Below are positions 10,142 to 20,471 of a DNA stretch of 64,000 nucleotides, in pieces. Numbering within the stretch: the stretch's first letter is position 1; the number at the start of each line of letters is the position of its first letter. Position numbers and translations under genes: made by a program. The notes under the pieces were generated by a model. The model saw only the letters and a list, made by a program, of their open reading frames with translations. It was not told the origin of the DNA and made no database searches. Origin of the DNA: Verrucomicrobiota bacterium (GTDB taxonomy: Bacteria > Verrucomicrobiota > Verrucomicrobiia > Opitutales > Cerasicoccaceae); contig JBCBUK010000001.1 in assembly GCA_039818205.1 (NCBI GenBank), positions 32,001-96,000 on the forward strand, read 5' to 3'.

Positions 10142-12717
10142 TTCTTCCGCTTCTCAAAGGGCTCAACCAGTTCCCAAAGCAGCGGATTATCACGGGCATC
10201 GTCAATATCTTCGAACATCGCCGTCGCCGCAGTTTTCAGTTCGAGATCCCGTTCCACGACTTGGGCCGTGTATTCCTTCCAATGCTGCCATGCCTCGCGA
10301 TAACGCTTTTCCAGGCGGTCAATCTCGCCCATCCAATAATATGCATAGACGGGCGGTTTATCGATTGCCAATAGGCGCTCCAGCGTCCATTTCGCCCCCT
10401 CTAGGTCTTGATTTTTCAATTGCTGATTGAGGAGCATGCCACCACGCACCACGTCGTCTGGCTGCGCGGCAAAGCGGACCCGTTGCTCATCAATGGGACG
10501 CCCTCCGAGGCTCTGCATCGCTGGGATCTGCGGCACCGGTACGTATTCCGCCGCCAACTCAATTGCCCCCGGAAAATTTCCCAGTTTGGCCATAGCGTTG
10601 GCTTGATAATACCAGGCATTGGGAATGCTATCGGGCGCAGACTCGAGAAAACGGATCAACGCGCCGGCGTCGCCACGGTCGAGCCACATCAACATGATAG
10701 CCTCACGCTCATCGCCCGAGAATTGGCTTAAGGTGGAGCTGCGACGCAGATCATCGCTCAATGCCTTAAGGAAATTCTTTCCCTGCAGGGATTCGAGATA
10801 CCGGGTTCGAAAAGCGCTCGAAGTTTGGCTGAGTCGATCCAGATCGCGAGAGAATCGCGGATTGCCGCTCGCGGTCAAAATGATCTTTTTGTAGACCTCT
10901 TGAGGATTGGTGGTTTGCCGGGTCAATGCGTCAGCCCAAGCTTCATAGGCGTAGTGGGTGCTTCTCCGCAGCCAGATTTCACCCTCATAAAGCGCCGGAT
11001 CAATCATTACAGGCTCAAGCAGCCGAGCTTTCCGGAAATCCTCTCGAGCCTCGGTCGTATCCCGTTCCAGGTAGAGCCGAGCCTTTCCACGGTAAAGATG
11101 TAATTGCCAGTCCAGCGGTAGAAAGTTCAACGCCACATCGAGGTCGTCCAGCACGGCATCAGCACTGCCCGCTTCAATCGCTGCATCAATCTGAACGGGG
11201 TAGACTTCCTTTACCACCGCGGTGTGCAGCATACTCTTCGTAGTATCCGCATAGACCCATACACCGCCTATGGCGAACAGAGCAATACCACCGAACCTCC
11301 AGATCCATGACGGAAACAAACAGTTAGCCTCAGATTTAAGGCGCGGCAAGGCGATCCGGTAAAGCCAAAGCGCGATGACTATAATGCCAAGCCGATGTGC
11401 CGAGACGTCAAAAAAGGAATGCAATAGGACGAGGGATAATGCGATCAAAGCACCGCTGCGAATTGGCGTCGAGGGGTCTCGTCCGAAGGGTAACATTAGC
11501 CAGTATAACAGGATGATCAGAGCGGCCACGACGGACATGCCGGGGACACCCAGCTCAGAGGCGACCCACAGCCAATCGCTTTCAGGATGGATAACGGGTT
11601 CAGGAGTCGCGGAGTGCTCCCGGTATTGGGGAAAAAGCACCGAAAAATTCCCAAGCCCAACGCCGGTAGCCGGTTGGTTCGCAATCATGTTGATTGAATC
11701 CGAATAGATCCGCCAACGCATGCTATCAAACACACTTTCATCGGCTTGAATCCAGTCCTGAACCCGGGACAAGGTCTGCTGGCCAGTGATCAGCATCAAA
11801 CCGAAACAAATCGCAGCCAATGGCGCAACAACCCGCAACGCACCGGCTTCTTTGCCGACACCAAAGTGAAAAATCGTCCATATGCCAGCGCCGATCACAA
11901 ACAGAATCAAACCGGCCTTCGAAAGACTCATCGAAACCGCCGTCGCCGCTGCGAAAAACGAGAATGCCGAAATCGCCACCCAGTACCACTTTGTTTGTCG
12001 ATTGTAGGCGATCAAAGCGAGGGAAACCACGCCGATCATCCCCATTAGGATCGATGTCTGGTTGCGGTTATCGAAATAGCTAAAGCTGGCAGCACGATCG
12101 GTTATTGGGTAATTGATGTCCTTCCAACTCCCATAAACCACTGCAAGGGCCAATAAGCCACCCAGGATCGAAAACAGTTGCAGCAAACGCCAACGATCCT
12201 TGCCCCGAAAACGGATGTTGATCAACAGGTAGAAAAAACCAATTCCGCCGCACATTAGCGCCAGCGCCTCGAGGGAACGAATCGGCTGCGCCGAGATCGT
12301 TGGCGGTAAGGCGATTCCAGCTCGATCGGCTGCAGTCCACCAATCTGGACGTCCGAACAAAATTCCAGGCAAAAAGCCGAACCAATCCGACGGTAAAAAG
12401 GCAATCAATCCAAGCCCCACCAAAGTCAACACCGTCCAATCCATCCGGCGATCCAAGGTTCGCTGAGGTGGGCGAAACGTCAAAACAGCACCCACCAGAA
12501 TCAGAAATGCTCCTTGAGACCAAATAAATTTGCCGCCGCCGCACAGCACCAGCACGACTAAGAATACGACAACCAAGAAGTTTCCAATCGCCGTGGGGCC
12601 GTCATTCATCGGAGGCTGGGGCTCCGAGGAAGCTTTGGCCCGTTTACGCGAAGAGGTCTTAGGCGACTTCGAGGAAGACGACGATCGGGAGCGCTTCGCT
12701 TTGGATTTTTCGGCCAT
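10138..12717 (-). CDS. O-antigen ligase/polymerase family protein with C-terminal TPR-like region
   Basis: Multi-TM N-half with NRNQ, R-W-R-I-Y, GVGLGNF, HPESDWL, LHSFFD; helical C-half; ATG 12717 chosen. Confidence 0.85.
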   Translation of the reverse strand: MAEKSKAKRSRSSSSSKSPKTSSRKRAKASSEPQPPMNDGPTAIGNFLVVVFLVVLVLCGGGKFIWSQGAFLILVGAVLTFRPPQRTLDRRMDWTVLTLVGLGLIAFLPSDWFGFLPGILFGRPDWWTAADRAGIALPPTISAQPIRSLEALALMCGGIGFFYLLINIRFRGKDRWRLLQLFSILGGLLALAVVYGSWKDINYPITDRAASFSYFDNRNQTSILMGMIGVVSLALIAYNRQTKWYWVAISAFSFFAAATAVSMSLSKAGLILFVIGAGIWTIFHFGVGKEAGALRVVAPLAAICFGLMLITGQQTLSRVQDWIQADESVFDSMRWRIYSDSINMIANQPATGVGLGNFSVLFPQYREHSATPEPVIHPESDWLWVASELGVPGMSVVAALIILLYWLMLPFGRDPSTPIRSGALIALSLVLLHSFFDVSAHRLGIIVIALWLYRIALPRLKSEANCLFPSWIWRFGGIALFAIGGVWVYADTTKSMLHTAVVKEVYPVQIDAAIEAGSADAVLDDLDVALNFLPLDWQLHLYRGKARLYLERDTTEAREDFRKARLLEPVMIDPALYEGEIWLRRSTHYAYEAWADALTRQTTNPQEVYKKIILTASGNPRFSRDLDRLSQTSSAFRTRYLESLQGKNFLKALSDDLRRSSTLSQFSGDEREAIMLMWLDRGDAGALIRFLESAPDSIPNAWYYQANAMAKLGNFPGAIELAAEYVPVPQIPAMQSLGGRPIDEQRVRFAAQPDDVVRGGMLLNQQLKNQDLEGAKWTLERLLAIDKPPVYAYYWMGEIDRLEKRYREAWQHWKEYTAQVVERDLELKTAATAMFEDIDDARDNPLLWELVEPFEKRKN

Positions 12718-12819
12718 GGAACGCGCCAGCTTTACACACCCGAGATTGTTGGCAATAGCCAACTTTCACTGGCAATCGCCAAACCAACCGCCTGAATCCG
12801 ATTTACGAATTTCGCAGGA

Positions 12820-14922
12820 TTAACCCGACATCGCCGTTAGCTCGGGATCCTTTTTGGTTTTCGGACGATAGTTGTAGTAGTCGTGATACTTGTTGTAGTA
12901 ATAGTAGTGGCTGGTCCGCTTGGTATCGACGAAGTTTAGGACGAATCCGTCGACCGCCATACCGCGAAGCTCAAGTACATCCAGCGAACTCTTTATCTGG
13001 GCTGAACGCGTATAATTAGACCGGACCATAAACAAGATGGCGTCGGCATTTGAAGCAAAGCTCGGGGTGTCGTCAGTCGCGAGGACTGGCGGGCAGTCAA
13101 AAATGATATAATCATAGCGATCACGCATCTCCTCGAGCAACGAATTGAAGCGCTTACTCAGGAGCATTTCCCCAGGACGCTCCGGGTAATCTCCACAAGG
13201 GAGAACATCCAGGTCCTTCGTCTCGGATTTTTGAACGACATCATCCAGCGTTAAATCTTCGTTCTCGATGAGCTCGGCGAAGCCAGGAGACGGCTCGATA
13301 CCAAACTCCGTATGGACGCGACCGCGACGCAAATCAGCATCTACGAGCAAGGTCTTTGAATGGGCAAAGGCCAAGGTGATACCGAGGTTACTCGAGAGCG
13401 TCGACTTGCCCTCAGCGGGAACCGCACTCGTCAACAGAATGACTTGAGGACGATTTCCATCATGATCCATAAAGAGCAACGATGATCGAATATTTCGACA
13501 CGACTCGGCAAACATCACCCGATCATCTCCGGCCTGCAACAGCCCGATCCGGGACGATCCTTTAATCGTTGGCTGAAGCGGGATCACGCCCAGAACCGGC
13601 GGATCAAAGCGTGTGGTGAGATCCTCAGCGGAAACCACTCGGGTATCCAAAACGGAAACCAATACCAAGATACCGACACCGAATACTAGACCAATGACAC
13701 CGCCGAGAATGATGTTCTTATTGCGCTCACTTGGCACTTGGAACGCCTTTGAGGCGGGTTGTAAGATCGATATCGTTTCCTGGTGTGTATTCTTGGTGAT
13801 ATCGAGTGACTCGATCGATGCCAGCAGGCGATCGTGGACTTTCTTAGCACTGTCCAGGCGAGAATTTATGCGATCGAATTCGGCCAAAAGTGTGCTGAAT
13901 TTCAGCGCTTTAGTTTCCCATTCCGAAATGAGTTCATCCAAGTTGGCCAGCTCTGCTTCGAGCTTCTTCTCGCGCTCTTCCAACTGACCCAAAGTTTGCC
14001 GACGATAGATCTTCAAAAGGTTTTCTTGCCGCTCGATTTCCTGGTTCAATCGCTTGATCCGCGGATGCGCTGGCTTCATATATATCGAGAACTCGGCACG
14101 CTCGGCCTTAAGCGCCTCAACTTCACGTTTTGTCTCATCGTAATTGGAGTCGGCTCCACTCAACTGAGACTCAGTCAGCGCGTTTTGGCTTGAGCCGGAT
14201 CCATGAGAATATTCGCTAATGTTTTCGAGAAGTCGAATCTCTCGTTTCATCCGCGCACGATCGTTATTGAGTGCCGCAAGATAGGTACCAGCGTTGTTCC
14301 CCTGCTCTGTGATAAAAACTATGTTGTTCTCCTTTTGGAAATTCAAACGATCCTCTTCTAACTCCTCGATTTCCTCTTGTTTCTCGAGCGCTTTGACCAT
14401 GATCGTGTTGAACGTTCTCTCCGTGGTCATCGTCCGGCGGTCCGACTTAAACAGCAGGAACTCGTGCATCATGGCATCAAGATACGCCTGGACGTATTGC
14501 GGTTCGGTTCCGACTGCCTCGAGCTCGAACGCACTGGCATCGTCGACCTGTCGGATTCCAACAGCAACCGGTATGCGCTTCAACTCAGGATGAAGCGCAG
14601 CAACCCGCTGGATCGCCTTTTGCCGAACTGGCTGGCTCTGCATGAATTTGATCTGCGTGCCAAAGAAATTGAGAAAGACCTCTTGATATCGTGCACCTTC
14701 AGGAATGGTCACTTGACCATCAATCACCATCTCCGCTCGCGACTGATACATCGGCTCCTTCAGCGATTCATTGTACCATTGAATCGATACACCGACTGCC
14801 ACACAAATAATCAGGACCCACCAAAGGCGGGATACGAGCATGCGTGCGCGAAAGTAGACGGATCTGATCAAGTCAGACCATTCAAAATTGCCTTCGTTTT
14901 CGTCTATGCCGGGGTGCGCCAT
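12820..14922 (-). CDS. wzc: Polysaccharide co-polymerase / BY-kinase (Wzc-like)
   Basis: Two TMs around a coiled coil, Walker A (PAEGKS), DADLRR, IFDCPP, Tyr-rich tail HYYYYNKYHDYYNY. Confidence 0.9.
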   Translation of the reverse strand: MAHPGIDENEGNFEWSDLIRSVYFRARMLVSRLWWVLIICVAVGVSIQWYNESLKEPMYQSRAEMVIDGQVTIPEGARYQEVFLNFFGTQIKFMQSQPVRQKAIQRVAALHPELKRIPVAVGIRQVDDASAFELEAVGTEPQYVQAYLDAMMHEFLLFKSDRRTMTTERTFNTIMVKALEKQEEIEELEEDRLNFQKENNIVFITEQGNNAGTYLAALNNDRARMKREIRLLENISEYSHGSGSSQNALTESQLSGADSNYDETKREVEALKAERAEFSIYMKPAHPRIKRLNQEIERQENLLKIYRRQTLGQLEEREKKLEAELANLDELISEWETKALKFSTLLAEFDRINSRLDSAKKVHDRLLASIESLDITKNTHQETISILQPASKAFQVPSERNKNIILGGVIGLVFGVGILVLVSVLDTRVVSAEDLTTRFDPPVLGVIPLQPTIKGSSRIGLLQAGDDRVMFAESCRNIRSSLLFMDHDGNRPQVILLTSAVPAEGKSTLSSNLGITLAFAHSKTLLVDADLRRGRVHTEFGIEPSPGFAELIENEDLTLDDVVQKSETKDLDVLPCGDYPERPGEMLLSKRFNSLLEEMRDRYDYIIFDCPPVLATDDTPSFASNADAILFMVRSNYTRSAQIKSSLDVLELRGMAVDGFVLNFVDTKRTSHYYYYNKYHDYYNYRPKTKKDPELTAMSG

Positions 14923-14925
14923 CGA

Positions 14926-15915
14926 TTAAAAGCTAATGAATTTTTCCGGTACAATTATCCGGTCGCCGGACTGAATCTGAACATCCATTTCCTGCTGACC
15001 TTCTTCCAAAATCTCGTCCACGTCTATCTCCAGCTCTGTGCGGACACCCGCTTCGTCGTGCCGGATCAACTTAACGGAACCACCGTTCGCAAATTGTGCA
15101 AACCCGCCTGCTCCGAGAATCGCCTGGCTGATCGCAATCTTCTGCCCTACCGATATAGGATACACTCCAGGGGCGCGGACCGCACCGGAAACAATATACT
15201 GTCCGCTGGTGTCACCACGCTGGCTCACAAATACGCGATCATTGGCTTTCACGATCAAATCCTGATCCAAGCGTCCAGTCTCCATAATCTTCGACACGTT
15301 GAGGTCGAAACGTTCGGATGACTCTGGATTCTTTACGTCAGGACGAACCAGAAGCACGCGTGACGCATCCGACAATCGTGTGAAACCGCCTGCTCGAATA
15401 ATCGCTCCGCTAACTCTCAGGATTTCTCCTGAAGGAATCTGAATAGCACCCGCATTATTGACCTCGCCCATTACGTAGACGATACCGCGGCTCCCGGTAT
15501 CTTGATGAGGCTCGATGATAACGGTTGCCTGATAATAGTATTCCTCTCTCAAACGCTCACTGATTTCCAGCGCTAGCTTCTGTAAAGTCTGACCCGCTGC
15601 CTGAACATTACCGACCAGAGGAATCGACATTTCGCCATCCTCATCGACCAATAGAACTTCTGGCGGGATGCGGTCTTCGATAACACGATACTCTAATTGT
15701 TCACCCACCTCGATGATGGCTGTGCTATCAAGCTCAAGCATCGCGTTGAGCGAATCGTCCGCATTAACCGGTGGTGCGGGAGCGCGAAATTTTGGCTCGG
15801 GTTCGACAACTAGGGCACTGCCAGGCACGTCTGCAACCGGAGCCTGAGACTCCGCTAACTCCTGTCCGTGCGCGACCGATATGCCAAATAGGCAAAGCGC
15901 TAACCTAAAAATCAT
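14926..15915 (-). CDS. wza: Polysaccharide export protein (Wza-like, SLBB repeats)
   Basis: DGEMSIPLVG poly-export motif and two SLBB repeats (AGGF); ATG 15915 overlaps upstream stop. Confidence 0.85.
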   Translation of the reverse strand: MIFRLALCLFGISVAHGQELAESQAPVADVPGSALVVEPEPKFRAPAPPVNADDSLNAMLELDSTAIIEVGEQLEYRVIEDRIPPEVLLVDEDGEMSIPLVGNVQAAGQTLQKLALEISERLREEYYYQATVIIEPHQDTGSRGIVYVMGEVNNAGAIQIPSGEILRVSGAIIRAGGFTRLSDASRVLLVRPDVKNPESSERFDLNVSKIMETGRLDQDLIVKANDRVFVSQRGDTSGQYIVSGAVRAPGVYPISVGQKIAISQAILGAGGFAQFANGGSVKLIRHDEAGVRTELEIDVDEILEEGQQEMDVQIQSGDRIIVPEKFISF

Positions 15916-17143
15916 AGCGTAGCCCCAAGAGCACTCGGTTCCTGTAGTAAGACCGATTGAATAGGTTGGAGCTTTTGTGACTGAAATCATAGTCTAGACT
16001 GGCGGTAAACTTACTAGAGAGTTGGTAATCTACACCGATTCCGAAGCCATATCGACCATAATCTTCTGGTAGAAGTCCCCCTGAATCGGCACCGAGCTCA
16101 TAATAAGCCCGTCCCCGAGGTGTTAATCGGCTATTCATCCGCCAATTAAAGCCATAGGCTACGGAAAAAAGTGAGGTTACGTTAGAAAGATACCCATAAT
16201 TAAAGCTGTGACCAGCGGTTAGGGAATGTTCAAAATTGCCTGAAGCCCGGTGGTTAACGGTGAACGAGCCAACGATACCTGCCGGATTTGTGTCGTCTTG
16301 GTTTAGTGCTCCTTCTTGAAAAATGTAATCCTGATAGGCGATATTTCCCGCGAAGCTCAGGTTCTCCGTCGCCTGCCAAATCGCCATTGGGCCTATAGAC
16401 CAGCTCCAGCTGTCATTGTTCACGTCGTCATTGTAAAAATTCCAGGCCATCGTTCCGGTAACCCCTAGCGTCAAATTCGGCGCAACCAGAAAACGAGGAC
16501 CACCCTCCAATAGATAAGCATGCCGTTGGGTGTAATCGAAAGCCGAAGATGTGGGGATAATATCTAGCCGACTAAGGCCTGCATAAAAAATGATATCGTT
16601 TAGGTCCCAATCCAAATCGACCCCCACCTGATTGACGAAACGGCCATAATCGAGCGGATTGTTGCTGACGACCCCACCTTGAATCGCAAACGCGTCCGTT
16701 GCATCAACCGAATAGGAGAGTCGCTCGTAAAACTCCATCGTCACGTCGTCAATAAAGACCGTGAATGAGAGCTCAGTATCTGGACTGATGTTGAGGAAAT
16801 TATTGATCGAATCGAGCTCTGGCGTACGCAGGTACTTGTTGTAGCCGATACCAACACTAACGCTTAGCGTATTGAGCTCGGAGAATTGATACCGACCCGC
16901 AAGCACGACTCCCGGCCGCAAAATGATGTCCCATCGCGGGTTAAACTCGGCGTAGTTAATATTGTCATCGTAAATGATGTCAAAAGTCGCAGCTAAATCA
17001 AAACGGAAGCCGCCGACCTTGAAATTTTCGCCTTGGCCCTGCGCTGAACTCCCAAGCGACATTACCAGCATTAACAGACCGACCCCAACGCATCGGAGGC
17101 GAAAGTCCTTAGAAGATCGAAAAATGTAGCCTAAAAAACCCAC
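15905..17143 (-). CDS. Outer-membrane beta-barrel protein of EPS export locus
   Basis: Signal peptide, YDDNI start motif, alternating aromatic beta-strands, C-terminal …GLRYDF BAM signature; first gene of wza-wzc operon. Confidence 0.8.
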   Translation of the reverse strand: MGFLGYIFRSSKDFRLRCVGVGLLMLVMSLGSSAQGQGENFKVGGFRFDLAATFDIIYDDNINYAEFNPRWDIILRPGVVLAGRYQFSELNTLSVSVGIGYNKYLRTPELDSINNFLNISPDTELSFTVFIDDVTMEFYERLSYSVDATDAFAIQGGVVSNNPLDYGRFVNQVGVDLDWDLNDIIFYAGLSRLDIIPTSSAFDYTQRHAYLLEGGPRFLVAPNLTLGVTGTMAWNFYNDDVNNDSWSWSIGPMAIWQATENLSFAGNIAYQDYIFQEGALNQDDTNPAGIVGSFTVNHRASGNFEHSLTAGHSFNYGYLSNVTSLFSVAYGFNWRMNSRLTPRGRAYYELGADSGGLLPEDYGRYGFGIGVDYQLSSKFTASLDYDFSHKSSNLFNRSYYRNRVLLGLRYDF

Positions 17144-17321
17144 GGAAATTTATTGATTATAAAGAATCGTTAAGCATTAGTTCCAAAGATGCAAATTTTT
17201 CTTAATGCATCCCCTTCCAACACCGTTCTAGTAATGGTATACTTTTGAGATTCCTTTACGGCGTTTTTCACTATAGGTTTAGCGAGAATTAGCATAGCTT
17301 TCTTAAACGACTGCGACAAAT

Positions 17322-18788
17322 ATGTATTTCCACCAAACGATCAAGTTAACTCTTTGCGGCTTCCTGTTGAGTTTCACAACAGTAACCCTGTCCGCGAATA
17401 CGGATGCGACTTCACCCAATCCTGATAGTGAGGAGGCCATCAGTTTATTGGAAGTGCCGGAGCTTACTCAGGAGGAACTTTTAGACAAGCAAAAGAACCT
17501 CGCACGTTGGCATATGAATGCCGTCATGTATGACGCTTCCGCAGACTTCCTGAATCCAATTACCTGGGAGGAGACTGACAGCACCGAAAGTCTCGGGGCG
17601 CTGATGACCGACGACCCGACCGCTGCTTTCTCCGCTCCAGTAGGAATTTCTCGATTCGTCATCGATCTGAGTGATTTCTACATTATCGATCGGTTCAACT
17701 TCAAAAATTTTACGGCAGTTGGCTCAGTTCAACTCTTCTATTCGGATTCATTGAATACGCCAGATGCCAAGAGCTGGGTGGCAGTCGACGACCCGCAAAG
17801 CTTTGATAGTGAAGCCGTCCTTAGCCCAACGTTTACGCCGTTTGAGAGTCGTTACCTGATGGTCTTGTTAGACATCACACAGCCCGGGGACATCGGAAAC
17901 ATGGGCGCATTTGGCAATCTTTCACTCGCGGAGGTCAAGCTAGGAGCCAACAAGCGCGACGAAGATATCGCAGTGGACACCTCGGCCAAAACCAACGCGA
18001 AGCCAGTAAAGTTTAATTACGCATCCGCCGGAGCCGACTCCCGCGTGACCTACGTTAGCTCGGGCGTTGCGGGAGAGGCCAATTCCATGATCGATGACGA
18101 TGTCGAGTCGTTCTACGATTTCGAGGGCGGTGACGAGGAAAGCATCGTGATTGTCGACTTGGGCGAACAGCGCGAGGTCAATCGCGTTTCGATGCTATTC
18201 GATTCTCCTCCTGGCGAGTTCGATTTCTTTATCGTCAACAAACTCCCTGACGACGTTCAAAAGGCAATTGATGATGCCGAGACAGGCTCCAATGCCACTA
18301 ACAGCAATGGGAGCCTATCGAAGCCGGCAGACGACGATATGGCCATGATTTACAACAATGGTCGCCTCGAGCCTCTTCTTCTGGCCCAGAACGGCGGTGG
18401 GGACGCAATTGGTTCCATCGTTAGCTTTACCGCCGACGCCATTTTCAACACCGTGCAATTGCCGGCTGGTTTCTTTTCCAGCCTGACGCCTACGGTTCAA
18501 GAAGCGGTCACCGGATCCGACGAACGTTTTCGCCTGGACTTCTCTAATTTGAGCGGACGCTTTCTCATCGTTCGCTTCACACCGTCGCCTGGAAGCCCGG
18601 GTGGCTTGCGGGTCTATGAAATCAGCCTAATGGGAGACGTGTCTGCCGACGACGAACACTGGACTCGGTTGCCTATCTTTCAGTTGATTGGAGGCGGTTC
18701 GCCTCTTGGTGATGCGCCAACTAAGGCACTGTCAACGAGCGCACCTCCGCCAAATGTTCGCCCGCTGCCCCCACCTCTCAGCCCATAG
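17322..18788 (+). CDS. Secreted protein with two discoidin/CBM32-like domains and Pro-rich C-terminus
   Basis: Signal peptide; FVIDLS…SRYLMV and IVIVDLGEQREVNRV…GRFLIVRF…LRVYEI patterns. Confidence 0.6.
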   Translation: MYFHQTIKLTLCGFLLSFTTVTLSANTDATSPNPDSEEAISLLEVPELTQEELLDKQKNLARWHMNAVMYDASADFLNPITWEETDSTESLGALMTDDPTAAFSAPVGISRFVIDLSDFYIIDRFNFKNFTAVGSVQLFYSDSLNTPDAKSWVAVDDPQSFDSEAVLSPTFTPFESRYLMVLLDITQPGDIGNMGAFGNLSLAEVKLGANKRDEDIAVDTSAKTNAKPVKFNYASAGADSRVTYVSSGVAGEANSMIDDDVESFYDFEGGDEESIVIVDLGEQREVNRVSMLFDSPPGEFDFFIVNKLPDDVQKAIDDAETGSNATNSNGSLSKPADDDMAMIYNNGRLEPLLLAQNGGGDAIGSIVSFTADAIFNTVQLPAGFFSSLTPTVQEAVTGSDERFRLDFSNLSGRFLIVRFTPSPGSPGGLRVYEISLMGDVSADDEHWTRLPIFQLIGGGSPLGDAPTKALSTSAPPPNVRPLPPPLSP

Positions 18789-18817
18789 AGAGGCGCAGAT
18801 TTAGTGCGATTTTCAGG

Positions 18818-20320
18818 TCACTTACTGAACTCCGCGTACTTCTTTACGGTTCGACGATCGATCTCCAAACGCCGACCAAGCTCTTCGTAGTTCGGCGTCT
18901 TCTCGTACTGCAAGCTGACATAGCGGGCCATGAGTTCATTCGCCGTCAACTTACCCATCTGGATTTCTAATGCCAGTGCGCTGGCTGGGCTACTCTGATC
19001 AGGATTACCAAGCGGTTGCGGCAGATACTCGCCGTGAACCAGAATATTTCGCACGCATTGCTCGAGCTCTCGAAAGTTACCCGGCCAGGGATAGTCCACC
19101 GACAAGTCTCGGGCGATGACCTCCATTACCTCCCCGGTGAAGGTAGGCGCTTCGTCGGCACCGACAAACTTACGTGCGATGTGGGAAACCAAATTTTCGA
19201 GCTCTTCGGGTGATTCCCGCAGAATCTCGCGCAAGGATGGTGTCCGAACATGGTCTGCATTCAGTCGAAAATAAAAGTCCTCTCGGAACCGCCCGGCTTC
19301 AATTTCAGCCAGCAGGTCACGATTCGTCGCGGCCATGATTTTCCCGCGAAACGAATGCATCTCGGTGTCTCCGATCGGGGCAAACGTGCGGGTTTGCAAT
19401 AGGCGCAACAGCTTTACTTGGATGCTTGGTTCGGTCTCGCCGATCTCGTCGAGAAAGACGGTTCCATGGTCACCACAAACTGAAAGATAGCCCGCGCGAT
19501 CGTGGAGAGCGCCCGTAAATGCGCCCTTCTTGTGACCAAAAAGTTCGGATTCGATCAAACTGGATGACAAAGCCGAGAGATTGATCGGATAGAAGGCTTT
19601 AACAAAGTCCTCCTCAAACTCACGAGTATTGGGGTTGAACGGAATAAACCGGCTCAAGCCAATTGCTCGGGCAACGAGTTCCTTACCCGTTCCGGAGGGC
19701 CCGGTAATTAAGGTGATGATGTCCCCCATCCGATCTGCCAGCACGCGCTGATACCGGTCCATATTGTGGGTAAAAATCGACTGCCAGATTCGGGCCCTCA
19801 GTTTGGTAGCCGCCGGCGAACCTCCAATTATGTATTGATAGATATGCTGGAAGGCGCGCCGAACCTGGAAAAACACACCGAAGAGGCGCGTTTCCTCCAT
19901 GGCTTCATATTCGCCCACAAACCCCATTGGCAGCCAATAGCGCACTTCTTGGCAAAAACGGTCATAGAATGGGATTCGCTGCGCGGCGCTTCCCCGAGCA
20001 TGCCCCGCCTCAATAACTTTGTCGAAGTCGCGACGGAACTGGTGAAAGACATGGAAGAAGACGAGCTCTTGATAAAGAAAGGCGTCCCGCTGATTGGCTT
20101 CCTTGCCAGGATCCCAACGTTCACGGGCAGCATCGATCGTTTTTTCCAGGAGGGCCAATATCGCGGCTAAATCTGACTTTTCCTCACCGCGACCACCCTG
20201 TGATTCAAGAATTTCTCGCTCAAGTTCGTAGCGAGCCGTGTCGAAGGGGTTCATCCAGACTAACCGGGCTAAACGTTGGGCCAATGGCCGTTCTGCAGGA
20301 TTAAAAAGGCGAATACCCAT
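18818..20320 (-). CDS. Sigma-54 dependent enhancer-binding transcriptional activator
   Basis: GPSGTGKE Walker A, ESELFGHKKGAFTGA, FLDEIG, FREDFYFRL, WPGNFREL, C-terminal HTH; ATG 20320 preferred. Confidence 0.93.
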   Translation of the reverse strand: MGIRLFNPAERPLAQRLARLVWMNPFDTARYELEREILESQGGRGEEKSDLAAILALLEKTIDAARERWDPGKEANQRDAFLYQELVFFHVFHQFRRDFDKVIEAGHARGSAAQRIPFYDRFCQEVRYWLPMGFVGEYEAMEETRLFGVFFQVRRAFQHIYQYIIGGSPAATKLRARIWQSIFTHNMDRYQRVLADRMGDIITLITGPSGTGKELVARAIGLSRFIPFNPNTREFEEDFVKAFYPINLSALSSSLIESELFGHKKGAFTGALHDRAGYLSVCGDHGTVFLDEIGETEPSIQVKLLRLLQTRTFAPIGDTEMHSFRGKIMAATNRDLLAEIEAGRFREDFYFRLNADHVRTPSLREILRESPEELENLVSHIARKFVGADEAPTFTGEVMEVIARDLSVDYPWPGNFRELEQCVRNILVHGEYLPQPLGNPDQSSPASALALEIQMGKLTANELMARYVSLQYEKTPNYEELGRRLEIDRRTVKKYAEFSK

Positions 20321-20336
20321 GTGCAATTTATGCACA
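20320..20336. promoter_or_regulatory. Candidate upstream activator (enhancer) site
   Basis: Perfect palindrome TGTGCA-ATTTA-TGCACA about 135-150 bp upstream of the predicted sigma-54 start site, abutting the activator's ATG. Confidence 0.6.
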
Positions 20337-20443
20337 GGCCTGACATCAAACGTCAACCGCAAAGCTCGATATCAACACTTCGAAGAATTCTAAATTTTCT
20401 TTAATCTCTACATAGCATATACTTACATATTTTCTATCAAAAT

Positions 20444-20459
20444 TGGCACGCAGCGAGCA
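20444..20459 (+). promoter_or_regulatory. Sigma-54 (-24/-12) promoter
   Basis: TGGCACG-CAGC-GAGCA with exact GG-N10-GC spacing, divergent from a GAFTGA activator. Confidence 0.8.
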
Positions 20460-20471
20460 TTAATGTCCGAC

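Noticed and set aside
18818..20320. Calling the activator rtcR or pspF
   Set aside because: No rtcAB or pspA adjacent, and the N-terminal domain is not recognisable as CARF; PspF lacks such a domain
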